Under the pieces are notes generated by a model, which did no database searches, was not told the origin of the DNA, and saw nothing but the letters and a program-made list of their open reading frames with translations. A DNA stretch of 64,000 bases from Scyliorhinus canicula (taxonomy: Eukaryota): contig NC_052162.1 in the NCBI RefSeq assembly GCF_902713615.1, positions 108,341,811 to 108,405,810 of the forward strand, read 5' to 3'. The position numbers and the translations under genes were made by a program. Position 1 is the stretch's first letter. Every line of letters begins with the position of its first letter. Below are positions 1-12,292 of the stretch, in pieces.

Positions 1-2220
1 CCTCGAAGATGTGTAGGTTATGTGCTTTTACGTGGATAGTCGGGGGGCTGGGGTTTGGTGGGGTGCTCTCAAAGGAGAAAGAACAAACAACAAATAACAA
101 TATAGCAAAGGCCCTTTGGCCCTCCAAGCCTGCGCGACCATGGTACCTGCCTAATATAAATCCGTATGCATTTATGGAGTCTGTAACCTTCTATTCCCAC
201 CTTTTACATTGATTTACCGAGATGCCACTCAAATGCCGCTGTCTTACCTGCTCGCACCATCTCCCCAGACAGCGCTTTCCATATATTTACCACGCTCTGG
301 GTAAATATCTTGTCTGGCACATCAGTTCTAATCTTTTCCCCACGCACTTTAAACCTATGTCGCTATGGAGAGTCGTTGACTCTCCTACCCTAGGAAAGAG
401 CATCTGACTATCCACCCTATCCATGTCACTCATAATATTGTAGACCTCCACCAGGTCGCCTCTCAACCTCCATCATTCCAGTGTGAACAGACCGTATTTA
501 TCTAACCTCTCGTCTAGCTAATGCCCTCCATCCCAGACAACATCCAAGTAAACTTCATTAAATATTTTGAAGATAAAGATAGATAGTTTTTTGAAGAATA
601 AAGGGATTAAGTGTTATGGTGTTCAGGCCGGAAAGTGGAGCTGAGTCCACAAAAGATCAGTCATGATCTCATTGAATGGCGGAGCAGGCTCGAGATGCCA
701 GATGGCCTACTCTTGCTCCTAGTTCGTATGTTCTTACATACCGCTTCTGCACGCTCTGCAAAGCATTCACAGTAGAGTGGGGACCAGAAATGTGCACAAT
801 ATTCCAAATAAACATTGTTGTTTAGCTCACAGGGATACATCGCAGACCAAGCAGGGCAGCAGCACAGTTCGATTCCAGTACCAGCCTCCCCGAACAGGCG
901 CCGGAATGTGGCGACTAGGGGCTTTTCACAGTAACTTCATTTGAAGCCCACTTGTGACAATAAGCAATTTTCATTTCATTCATTCCAACATGACTTGCCA
1001 ATCTTTACATGCATTGGCCCGACCGATGAAGGCCAGAATGCCGCATGCCATCTTGACCACCTTATCCACATGCTTTGCCACTTTCAGCGATCGGTGAACA
1101 TGCACGCCCAGATCTCTGTTTATAGTACTCGCAAAAGTTCTATCATGTATTGTGGAATTTCTACATGCATTGGACCTTCCAAAGTGCATTTGGAGGTGTC
1201 TTTGGAGGATCGGTGGAGACTCGATGGGCCGAATGGCCTCCTTATGCATTATCGGTTTTCTATTATTATGGCCACAAAAATAAAAGTTATGTACAATAAA
1301 TCGCGGCCTCGTCTGGGCCGCACACAACCCAATCAGCTTTATATGGATTTGCAGAATGCATCTCAGTCAAGCAGCGCTTAAGAATTTGGAGTACAAATTT
1401 CGAGCACACAACAATTGGGTGATACACTGAATGGAGTGATAATTGGTTGCAGGCAGCAAACAGATAGTAGGAATGAATTGGGATTTTAAGAGTTGCTTGC
1501 AGTGGCTCGTAGGGTGTCGGAGGAATCAGTGCATGGGTCACAGCTATTCACAGTATGCAACAATTATTTGGACGAGGAAATCAAATCTAATATAGCCAAG
1601 TTGTTGCATAATGTGGACGCTCGGTATAAATTTAAGTGGTGAGGAGGGTGTTAACTGGCTTAAATGTTTTCACAATAGTTCATTGAGTTAGCAATTGATT
1701 GGCTAATGTAATATAGCATCAATAATTGTGAAGTTATCCATTTCGCTAGGCAACGGAGAACGGCAGACTATCAATTGTGTTTAATAGACTGGCATATGTT
1801 GGCCTCAAAGGTTGGCTAGCTGTCCTTGTACACCAGTAACTGAAGGCAAGCATGTAGGTACAACACGATATTTGTATGGCACTTGGGGCGTTGGGCTCCA
1901 TTGAATGATGATTCGGGTACATGAGCAAGGCTGTCTAATTGCAGCTATGAAGGACCTTCCGAGCCCACATTTAAGGTTTTACGTGCAGTGTTGCCCTCCT
2001 TGATGAATAAGTGATTTATTTGCCGTTTAAGGACTGCCGCGTGGGTTCACCAGATCTATTCCTGGAATTGTCTTATGAAGAGAGATTCGGTCGACTATGC
2101 CTGTATTCACGAGAGTTTAGAAGAACGAGAATCATGGAATCGTATAATAGGTGGACATGGCTGGAGGAATGTTGTTTCCTCTGGCTGGGGGTGTCACTAC
2201 TTCCATCGGGCACCAGATAA
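1..2220. mobile_element. Nested CR1 LINE fragments in both orientations, with SINE pieces
   Basis: CR1 3' UTRs at about 80-480 (minus), 575-740 (plus) and 1200-1260 (plus). RT remnants such as VAKHVDKVVKMACGILAFIGR. Confidence 0.8.
820..985 (+). mobile_element. Second SINE family (other copies at about 16960-17120 minus, 17345-17450 plus, 51420-51590 minus)
   Basis: GTTCGATTCC box and shared tail GGCGACTAGGGGCTTTTCACAGTAACTTCATT...GTGACAATAA, repeated four times in the window. Confidence 0.8.
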
Positions 2221-2224
2221 AGAA

Positions 2225-2510
2225 GTCTGAGAACACGCACGAACAGACTCAAAAACAGCTTCTTCTCCACTGTTGCAGGACACCTAAATGATCCTCTTGT
2301 GGACTAACATCATTAACACTACACCCTCTATGCTTCACCCGATGCCGGAGCTTATGTAGTTACATGGTATACCTTGTGTTGCCCTATTATGTATTTTTAA
2401 AATTCTCTTTCCTTCCCATGTACTTAATGATCTGTTGAGCTGCTCGAAGAAAAATACTTTTCACTTTACCTCGGCACACGTGACAATAAACAAATTCAAT
2501 CCAATCCAAG
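2225..2510 (+). mobile_element. LINE 3' end, Rex1/Babar-like
   Basis: AGACTCAAAAACAGCTTCTT (RLKNSF) and a GTGACAATAAA...(CAATC)n tail. Confidence 0.55.
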
Positions 2511-3539
2511 AACAAATGGACACCGTTACTGTATAGTCAATATGCCATTTAGAGCAGAGATGAGGATACCTTTCTTCACTCAGAGGTGGAGAATGTGTGG
2601 AATCCTTTAACATCGTGGGCTGTGGAGAAACGCCACTGTGCACATGCAATATGGAAACAGATAGCTTTGTAGAGTGTAAGGGAGTGAAGGTTTATAGAGC
2701 CCGGAAATATGGATTGAGACAGATGCTCATTTTATTCATATCGGATGGTCAAAGAGGCTCCTCTTCCTACTTTCTCCGTTTCTATTGCATAATGAGAGTG
2801 AATGAATCTGATTCAGTGCGCAGGATAGTCGCTGAATTCAAGATCAAAGTCATTGCTATTCATCGTGGTGCAGGATTTATGGTGCTGATGAATGGGTTTT
2901 GAAAACTTAATGATTTTAGCGAAATTAATACGGAATAAAAAACATATCAAAATACATGCAATATTTAAAACAGAGGATATTTATTCAAACGAATGTGCAG
3001 TACAGCATGAAGCCTTATTAAAAATTAGATCTCTGCCTTTTCGCATACAGATATTGAGCTTAAATTTCAATTAGTAGAGACGAGCAAATGCATCATTCAA
3101 TTATGAGTAGTGACGTTCCGCACTATTTGATGTCGGCTTTCCATTGTTTTGTGGTTCTTGGGAGACAGTAATTGGTTCATGTGTACATTTCTTCAGCAAA
3201 ATGCCTCACAAAATAACATTTGAAGGCCTTGAGATCTCACAACAACAAATTTCCCTGGAGTTTTCAACCATCCATTGAAACAAAGAGCCAGATTTGTAAC
3301 CTTGTGCTGGAGAGCTGATTCTCTGTTTGCACTGGTTTTCCGCAAATGTATCAGAACTAGATTGTTGTCCGATGTACATGAGAATTAGTCCCCATTATAT
3401 TTGAGTGAGAGGGCATTTCGCTGTCGATCTCTGGGTGCTGCATATGAAGATATGTTGCATGTATTCGTGAATATTTCCTTGGTTCTGCATCTCGAACAAA
3501 ATATTCACTAACATTGTGCTTCGAACGTGTTGTAAATCT

Positions 3540-3782
3540 TAGAATCTAAGGATTTACAGTGCTGAAGGAGGCCATTCGGCCCATCGAGTGTGCACCGGCC
3601 CTTGGAAAGAGAACCCTACTCAAGACCACGACTCCACCCTATTCTCCTAATCCCACTTAAACTTTTTGGCACTAAGGGCATTTTCGCATGGCCAATCCGC
3701 CGAACCTGCACATCTTTGGACTGTGGGAGGAAACCGAAGTACCCGGAGGAAACGCACGCAGACAGGGGAGAACTTGCAGACT
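3540..3782 (-). mobile_element. V-SINE 3' half
   Basis: Reverse complement of the core and tail (GGAGGCCATTCGGCCCATCG...GTGGGAGGAAACCG). Confidence 0.8.
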
Positions 3783-5309
3783 CCATGGTTCTGCAGGAAC
3801 ATATTAGTCGAGGAATGTTTTGCTGTTTATAATTCTAAAAAGTAACTGGAGGAATCTTTATCCTTCGGCGGGTTTAGTTTAGAAAATGTTCTAACACTAA
3901 CATTTTGCATTACATAACCGCCTCATTTTATCCACAGGAAATTCCTGGAACGTCTGTGCAGTTAACGAATCCATGATTAACGAGGAAATCAACACCAATA
4001 GCTTTGTGTCTACCCAAGGATATGGTAGGAACATTTATCCAGGTATTTTCTCATAGATATTATGATCACATATTTAACCAATGATCGACAGATTGAAAGC
4101 TCCTGATATTGTATGATACTGCTAACATGGCGACAATGAATGATTTTACTCCCTTTGTTTCAAGTGAGTTTGCTGGATTATCTAAGGTCACTGATTTCTT
4201 GCAGTTAACTGAAATCAGGGTTAAAACTGCCACTAAAAGAAGAAATAGTTCAAACATAATCTAACGGCAGGCAATAAGCTAGCAGTTCCCAAGCTTTGCT
4301 GAAACTTAATTAGAAAGGAAGATGAAGGTGTGCCATACTACAGCTGACAGCGGTGAGAGACATCGATGCAGGCAATCCAAGTCCATCAGTGATAAGAAGC
4401 AGGCGGAACTTCCCATACAAGTTTCAAATAGAAACTGAATGTAACCTGGCCTGGCGCTGACTACTGCACCTGAAGAAGAAAGAAACTAATTAACCTTTTG
4501 TATACAAAGGTAAGGCGCTTGATTTTTCAATACACTGAATCGGTAATAGAATATAACAGAAAACAAATTAATTTACGATTGTGATTAAACGTGAGGAAGT
4601 TTTCATACTTCGAAGTTATCCTACAGAAATTATTGATCATAGGACTGATATCCACATAGCCTCACTAAATTGATTGTTAGCTATCGTTATTTATACTACA
4701 GAATTATATAATATTCTGGAAAACGTGACGATGTACGAGAATTAACGCTGGACTATGGGAAATTTATTGTCTACTAGCTTTGCCAGTTTTACGGTGAAGT
4801 ACCTCAATTTATTCCTTTCCAGGATTATGGCGTCGCTCGCTAGACGATTATTTATTGTACAATCCAAATTGCCCTTGTGAAGATGGTGTTACAGGGACAT
4901 GCACAGTGCTATGGTGAAGGTAATCGCAGTATTTTACAGAGCGGCAGGGGAAGGCTGACACTGTAGTTCTCAGTTAGGATTCCGATTAATGTGGAGGTAA
5001 AGTTCAGGTGGTTGCGTTCCCATGCATCTCCTACACTTTCCCTTCAAGCTGGTGCAGTTCGGAACGTGGATGTGTCTGTCGAAGCAGCCTTGTTGAGTTG
5101 CCGCAGTGCCACTTGTAAATGGTCCACACCACACTCACTATGCGCCGGTGGCAGAAGAGTGTTTACGGTTGATATGTGGTGTCAATAAAGTCAATATGAT
5201 GGGTAGTTTATTGTTTCAAATTCGCATGGTGAAATATGTACCATTTCAATGTCATTAACAGAAACCTAAGTTTTAAACAACACTGTGATATACATCAGCA
5301 ACCTAATTG

Positions 5310-5647
5310 GGCATCAAGGTAGCATGGTGGTTAGCATAAATGCTTCACAGCTCCAGGGTCCCAGGTTCGATTCCCGGCTGGGTCACTGTCTGTGTGGAGT
5401 CTGCACGTCCTCCCCGTGCGTGCGTGGGTTTCAGGTGCTCCGGTTTCCTCCCACAGTCCAAAGATGTGCGGGTTAGGTGGATTGGCCATGCTAAATTGCC
5501 CGTAGTGTCCTAAAAAAGCAAGGTTAAGGGGGGGGGGGTTGTTGGGTTACGGGTATAGGGGGGATATGTCGGTTTGAGTAGGGTGATCATTGCTCGGCAC
5601 AACATTGAGGGCCGAAGGGCCTGTTCTGTTCTGTACTGTTCTATGTT
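5310..5647 (+). mobile_element. HE1-type V-SINE, young full-length copy
   Basis: tRNA-like head with GGTTCGATTCC B-box, V-SINE core GTGTGGAGT.TGCAC...CTCCGGTTTCCTCCCAC, CR1-like tail, and CTAATTG duplication at 5303-5309 and 5648-5654. Confidence 0.9.
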
Positions 5648-7299
5648 CTAATTGCGCTTAACGTTGGGTGGGGTTACTGGGTTATAGGGTGGAGGTGTGG
5701 GTTTGTGTAGGGTACTCTTTCCAAGAGCCCGTGCAAACTCGATGGACCGAATGGCCTCCTTCTGCACTGTACATTCTATGAATAGCTTAGCGTTCACTCC
5801 TACAGAAATTTGGAGAAAGGCAATTGGAAGACATATTCGAATAATCATTCGAGGGAGAGACAAAAACATAAATTTCAGCAGGAATACTGGTAGTTGCATG
5901 TCATGACAAGGTGAGAATGTAGATTTACAAAGTATAATTACAACACGTATTTTGAAGGGCAATTGAGCATTAATGGGAGAAGGAAACATACTGGAGCAGA
6001 AGTTGAATTCCATCCTTGCCTCTTTGAATAATATATTTGTGATTGTCTGTGTGCAGTTACATCGTTTGCTCTGCTGTTGCCTTTTGCATTGGCGGGGAAG
6101 ACCAAACCTGTGCGCAATTGAGACGTAGAATGCAGAGGCGGACGTTCAGACAAGATTAGGTGGGGCGGAGAATAGAGAAGGGACAATATTGTATTCTTTG
6201 ACGCTTATCAGCGAGTTCATTCTCAGCCACATTCACAGGGTTTCTGTAAATATAGGGCCTCCGACAATACATTTATGAGCCACAGATGTGGAGGACTGGA
6301 GAGTAAAAGTTTCAAGATTTCAAAAAAATACAAATTAAGTAGAACAGCAAATAATGCAGTTTGGGATAGAAACTAGAACTGGGACTTAGTTAAAAAGATT
6401 AGGCCAAATAGCGGAAAACAAATGTTCTTGTACAGGGATGTAGAACATAGTTATTTATCAACAATTGACCATCTGTCTAATGCGGAGCAGAAGAGATGTA
6501 TTGGGCATGCAGATACAACCATCAGTAATATATTCTGCAGACATGACAACTAAATTAGCATGTCTGTGCAAAGTTGGCTTCGGCCTCAAGAGGAATGATA
6601 GGAAACAGCGGAGCTGAAGCGCGGCTGCACCAGCATTAAGACCCTTAAATTTCTTCAGAATATTATAGACGTTGGAGAGGTCGTTCATCAAGAATTCTGG
6701 AAAATAATGCCAAACTAATAGTATTGGAATTGTGGAGAGAGGTTGCTGATACGGCGTGTATTTAATTTATTGCAAACAATTAAGAGAAGACTATTTCGCT
6801 TTGTAAGTTCATTGGAAAAACTGATAAGGAGAAAAACTATGATGATGTAGTTGCGCAAGTGCACAATCAGGTCGATTTCAGTTAAGTTTCCAAAGACTGT
6901 TCGGGATAATGTCAGGAAACATGTATTCACCAAATACATCGGAAATTTAAAACTTCCTGTCTGAAACCTGTGCAGTGTTGAATCAATTATAAAACCCAAA
7001 GCTGAAATCTACATATTTCCATAAATAAGGTTATTCATTGAAATGTAAACATTTTTTCATATTTAGTTAAGATGCGGATCAGCTACTGTCTATCTGAGAC
7101 TCATGTGTAACGACTTCACATGGAATTGGAACATTTACCTTTTCTTTCGTTACCTAACTATAAAATCTCTAAAGACATGCTTCACTGCGCCAGGATTATT
7201 TTTCCACCACAAGTACTAATTTGCAGATAAGTGCTATATTTTCCCTGCATTTTTATGTATAATGGTCTCCACTGTCAAACGTGTTATCATCTTCACTTC

Positions 7300-7760
7300 A
7301 GAATGACCATTCATTATTAGAACTGATACTGGCCCTGACTGTTCTAAGTCGCCGTGATGGTGTCCCCTCTTTAGGATTTATCTTTCTGATATTGTGTATT
7401 TTTCCATCTTTAAGAAACTTTACATTTGATAGATCTATTTCAGCAACAGACCTATCTCCCAGTGTTGTGTTATCATTTTTTTCGTCATCCCTTCTTAACA
7501 ATCCAAATCCGATCATTGCGTAATCAATTATGTTCCAATCCATTCACTGGCATCCATCTCCCATACTTCTTCCAACGCTTGCCCTATTAGTTCACGGTTC
7601 TCCATGTCAAACTGCAAACAATTTCTGTTTTCATATCGCTGATGCTTACTTTTCTGAGAACATGTGACGATTGCGAGCTCATTACCCACAAAGTAAATAT
7701 TTCCCTCTTCCTGTGCTTCAAATCACCATAATCTACTTTCTATTCATGCTATTTTCTGAT
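7300..7760 (-). mobile_element. Ancient CR1-like endonuclease remnant
   Basis: DWNIIDYAMIGFGLLRRDD resembles the CR1 EN segment DW...M.GY.LFRRDR. Confidence 0.45.
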
Positions 7761-7910
7761 TGATTTATGCGATGTTCATTCCGGTCCAAAACCTTACTTC
7801 TGATAAATCATTATGTTCAAGAACTTTACTGTTCTACTGTATAGCTCAATCGATTACTTAGGATCAACTAATGCAGTTCAATCTTGTACTGTTGGTCCTG
7901 AACAATTATT

Positions 7911-7916
7911 TTTATT
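7911..7916 (-). terminator. Candidate polyadenylation signal of the membrane transcript
   Basis: AATAAA 14 nt after the TGA of the read-through TM exon. Confidence 0.55.
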
Positions 7917-7930
7917 TTGGAATGTAACGG

Positions 7931-8169
7931 TCATAGTGGACCCTTATCTAAACCGAAGGCATAAGCAAAGTTTTCTAGTGAAATTGCATCATGTCGCAAT
8001 GCTACTGATTTCGGTATTATCTTAAAGACGGTGACAAATGTGTTGTACGCCATACTGAGAAAAAAGAGAGTGGCGAAAGAGATCACTGTTAATGCAGTGT
8101 TGGCGTCTTCATCGCAATTTTCGAAACCTTCTTCTTCTACCTGGTAGACTTCATCATCTTCTTCCGTTT
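7931..8169 (-). CDS. IgNAR: IgNAR transmembrane exon with read-through cytoplasmic tail
   Basis: TTTTAG| acceptor, in phase with C5. Translation ETEEDDEVYQVEEEGFENCDEDANTALTVISFATLFFLSMAYNTFVTVFK, an Ig-type TM (LF.LS..Y..VT.FK), continuing to IIPKSVALRHDAISLENFAYAFGLDKGPL-stop. Confidence 0.88.
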
Positions 8170-8399
8170 CTAAAATAAATGGATAGATATTATTTTAAAA
8201 TATGCATGTTGAATATCCATAATAGATAGAAATACAATGCAATAATACGGGATGCAACACTCTCGAGGATGTCGGTGCATTAGAGGTTGAAGTGAACATA
8301 AAGAATGAGGAGATTGAGTGGGCAATTAAGCCCCGCAAGCCCCATGCACTAGAAAATACGGTCATGGTAGGTCTCCTCTCGTAATAAAATCCACTTTCA

Positions 8400-8900
8400 T
8401 GCCTGTTTTCCATAGTCCTTCCACCCATCACTGATTCAAATTTTGTCGAACTCCTCCTTAAATGAACTCAATGTCTCGGCATCCACCGCACTCTGGGGCC
8501 GTTTATTCGACAGATTCAAGGCCTTTTGAGAGAACAAACGTATTCTTCTCTCTGTTTTAAATCAACTACCCTTTCGCCTAAAAAGAAATGACCTCTCGTT
8601 CAAGATTGACCAACAAGAGGAAGCATGCGAACTATGTCCCCTTTGTCAATACATTCTATCATTTTATATGCCTCAATTTGGTCTCTTCGATTTTTTCTAA
8701 CACGAGAGAGTTTAACCCTAAATGCTCAATATATCTTCATAAGACAGACATCTCTGAAATCAATCTGGTAAACCACCTTTGAACTGCCGATAATTCAACT
8801 ACATCCCTCATCAAATAAGGGTACCAAAACTGTACATAGAACTCCAGGTACGATCTCACCAATATCGTCTATACTTGCAGGAAGATTTCCCCGAAGAAAT
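8400..8900 (-). mobile_element. Degenerate CR1 3' fragment
   Basis: Complement of IVRSYLEFYVQFWYP and 3' UTR-like sequence. Confidence 0.6.
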
Positions 8901-9371
8901 ATGATGGCGTAGTTGGTAGTAGTTAGAGCATTGCCATAACAATGTGGGAAATACGTATTTTTTTCTGTTACGATGGGCATTGCTGTCAAGATTTTTGCTA
9001 AAGTTTCCAGTTGAAATCAAATCAGTCAAACAAACTTTGCTGGTGGAGAGCAATTCCATGCTTGTTTTACGTTACTGACATTTATCCAAATGGCTGTGAA
9101 TTTCATTCTGGAATATTTTTAAAAAAATATTTGTCCCGCCAGCGAGGTTAAACGGACTGGCTTGCATTTGTCCAGTTCATCTTGAAACACTTTAATAAGC
9201 ATGACATTTATGCAAACTGAATCTTTAATTGCGTCGAATCCTTTCTTTGGCAATGTGAATGCTGTATTTTAGGAAAAAGGGGATGCAAACGTGATTTCAT
9301 GGAGGACCATTATGTCTGTCTCGTACTCGATTGGCCAGATACTCCTTTCATGGAAATAATTATCTCAGTAA

Positions 9372-9565
9372 TCATAGAGACATCGAATCACTACAGTGGA
9401 AAAAGAGACCATTCGGCGCACCGAGTCTGCACCGACCCTCTGAAAGGGTACTCCACCTAGGGTCAAGCCCCTACCCGTTAATCCAGTAACCGGAGCTAAC
9501 CCAACCTTTTGGACACCAAGGCGTAATTGATCGTGCTCAATCCGCCCAACCTGCACATCTTTGAA
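9372..9565 (-). mobile_element. V-SINE 3' half
   Basis: Reverse complement of the tail and core end. Confidence 0.7.
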
Positions 9566-10216
9566 CTGTCAAATATGTTTCAGAGTAACCATTGTGCGAT
9601 ATTTTGTGAAAATATTCAGATCCTTGGATTCCGTATGGCTGTGTTATTCTAGATTGAAGTGACAGATCATATTTTCACAACGGCATATGATTCGGGCGAC
9701 CATCCCTCCCCGAAGTAAATCTTCTGCGGTGAATTCAGGAATTTCAGATGTACTGTTATAAAGGAGTTTGGTGCAGTAAATGTTACACGCCTGGGTTAAT
9801 GACTGTGTGACTGCTAAAATCATATTTTAAAATATATCCTAGTTTGAAAGGCAAGTATATTTTTGGAGCCGGCTGCAATTAAACCATTGTAAAATGCTTG
9901 AGAACATGCAGTTTCAGCTTTATAAAATAATGTCGCTGCTAGATGGAGCAGAGGCACCAGGACTTTTGTAGAAAACAGTTCAGCTGCGAGCTGAATGAAG
10001 CTGTAACCAGAAGTTAAGCAGAATGCTCTCATTACAGTCCAGTTGAAATACATTAACCGTCTTTACAGCAGTGCAAACTTGTCTGAGAATATGGGGGAGC
10101 TGAAAGAAGCTTGGAAGCATCTTCTGAAGAAATACAGCTGGATTTCTTTCTGCATGGTTCTGCCAGGACTGGGGTCCAGTCGTTAAAACAGTGTCAAAAT
10201 GTATTCCTTTCTGGTG

Positions 10217-10400
10217 TGCAGCACGGTGGCACAGTGGGTAGCATTGATATCTCACGGCGCCGAAGTCCCAGATTCGATCCCACCTTTGGGACACTGTCTG
10301 TGTGGAGTTTGCACATTCTCCCCATGTTTGCGTGGGTTTCGCCCCCACAGACCAAAGATGTGCGGAGTGGGTGGATTGGCCACGCTAAATTGTCCCTTAA
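10217..10400 (+). mobile_element. HE1-type V-SINE (partial)
   Basis: tRNA head and V-SINE core. Confidence 0.85.
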
Positions 10401-12153
10401 TTAGAAAAAGTGAATTGGGTACTCTTAATTTATTTTTTTTAAAACGTTATTTCTTTCTCTAAGAACTTCCTTGTAAAGCAAGCATTGATGAGTGCTAATA
10501 AACTTTGTCAGTAGATTTAGAGATTATATTTTTTTCTTGTCGTTTTAGTGGTAATACAGGTATGTGTGTTGCAGTTACTTTATTGAGTCGTGTTCAAGGG
10601 GCAATTTGCATTTATTTTCTGGTGTGAGGTCAAAGGCAGGTTAATATAGTGTTCGGAATAATGTATGTTTAATATTACTTATCCTTATTTCTTCGTGCAG
10701 TCACTCCTTCAGCGAGGTATTCTTTCCTCACAGTCTTATAAAATTTGTGTAAATTATTGCGGCTTCTAACCACTATTGGGTTATGGTATGGGATCGTAAT
10801 ATTTTTCAATGTGATAATTTCCGAAGGAGATATAAAAGTGAGGGAGCTAAAGGATTCGACATTTACTTCTAAAGTGGTCGTTGAAGCGATATTGTAGGAA
10901 ACGTTTACAGAGCGCTAGATGTCCAGAATTGTGAAACGCAAGTTTCTGATGTTGTGGGGCTGGACCTGAAGGGGTTTCTGTGAATGAAGTCGGCATGCTT
11001 CACATATTGGTACATTGTAAAGCAGAAGTATCGTTTTTGTTTTGTTTTACGTACTCCTTGTATGCTGTATGGGCTAAAGATAAAATAGCGACTACAATGG
11101 CAGAGGAAGATGCACCGCTCACCACCTCAGTGAAATAACCTCCAGTAATAAGTGTCCAGGTCCAATAGAACTGTGGTTCCTTCAAACGCCGCGACAAAAG
11201 GGCATAGAAAAATCAGATACTGCAGGCTAACAGGATCTTCATTGATGCATCGATAGATGCGACATCCAGAGTCAATGAACAGCTTGTCGTACATACAGAT
11301 ACCTCCCGGACCACGATGAAACAGTAGTCCGTCCGCAATTACTGAGACACAGTGAAGGATGAAAAGATACCACATCACAAATAACACGTTATCGTCTACT
11401 CCTAGTCATAACCTCCAGCATGGATATATACCAGTTACAGAAAAGGGGTCATTCTCTGCTCCCAGATACACACTTCAGAATGGATCGATGCCAAATTAGA
11501 GAATTGATGATTCCCTCCTCACGGATGAAGCCTCCAGAATGTATTGATATCAAATTAAAAAGGGCAGATAATTTCTTATTCCAGCTGCAGCCGCAAGAAT
11601 GAATAGACACCAAAATGCAAAGTACATTTGATTCTCGATTCACAAGCATGCGGCCCTATATGGACAGCAAATTGCAAAAAAAGCACGTTTTTCGCACTAA
11701 CACCGAAGTAAACGACAATGAATAATTTCACTATTATTCTGTTCATAGATAGGCACTTCAGCCTACATATAGTCAACACATGCAATGAAACAGCGGTGCC
11801 AAGTGCTGTACACATAAAATAGCAGCACAATTTGTTTCAAAATGCGTGCGGTTGTTGTAGTGTTTGTCCAAAACTGATGAGGTGAGTATGTGTTCTCAGA
11901 ACTACATACTGATGTGCTCTTCTCTGATACGAATTGTCAGATGAATGGTCCGATAAATCATTGATTTTTATGTCTTATGTCTCACACACAGTGAGGATAA
12001 CGGGGGGAAACAGCTAAACACTCGGTTTGAAGTGTGAGCCCTACGGTACCAGAATCACGTTATTTTTGTTACTGCACAAGATAATTCCCTCCTTTTCAAA
12101 TGTAGGTGGTTTTTGGATGGAGGCCTGGACAAGTACCTGCCGACAAACTCTTT

Positions 12154-12292
12154 GACATGTGGCATATGTTAAGACTTCATGTTGTGCGGCCGGAAAATTC
12201 CACCTGTCAGCACAAATAAGGAAGTGAGATGAAAATGCTGTACCACTATTTGCAGCAACTCTGGCTCCATTGGAATCGCTGCAGATTTGCAT
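12154..12292. promoter_or_regulatory. Candidate B-cell enhancer motif cluster in the C5-TM intron
   Basis: GACATGTGGC (muE3-like), GGAAAATTCC (kB-like), CACCTG (E2A E-box), GGAAGTG (ETS) and ATTTGCAT (octamer) within 140 bp. Motif evidence only. Confidence 0.35.

Noticed and set aside
7298-7543. IIDYAMIGFG resembles the IgG/IgE tail ITT motif (PDYRNMIGQG), just downstream of the TM exon
   Set aside because: The surrounding sequence fits a CR1 endonuclease remnant (DW...GF.LLRRD), and no splice path links it to the TM exon.
7745-7905. Possible M2 mini-exons (CAG|GAC CAA CAG TAC...TAG and CAG|AAG TAA)
   Set aside because: Weak acceptors, no VK-stop pattern, no upstream GT donor, and both lie beyond the AATAAA.
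11032-11069. Cryptic RSS (ACAAAAACG nonamer, 22-nt spacer, TACAGCA)
   Set aside because: The heptamer lacks the essential CAC and no V/D/J-like segment is adjacent.
11987-11993. Perfect CACAGTG heptamer
   Set aside because: No nonamer at a 12 or 23 spacing.
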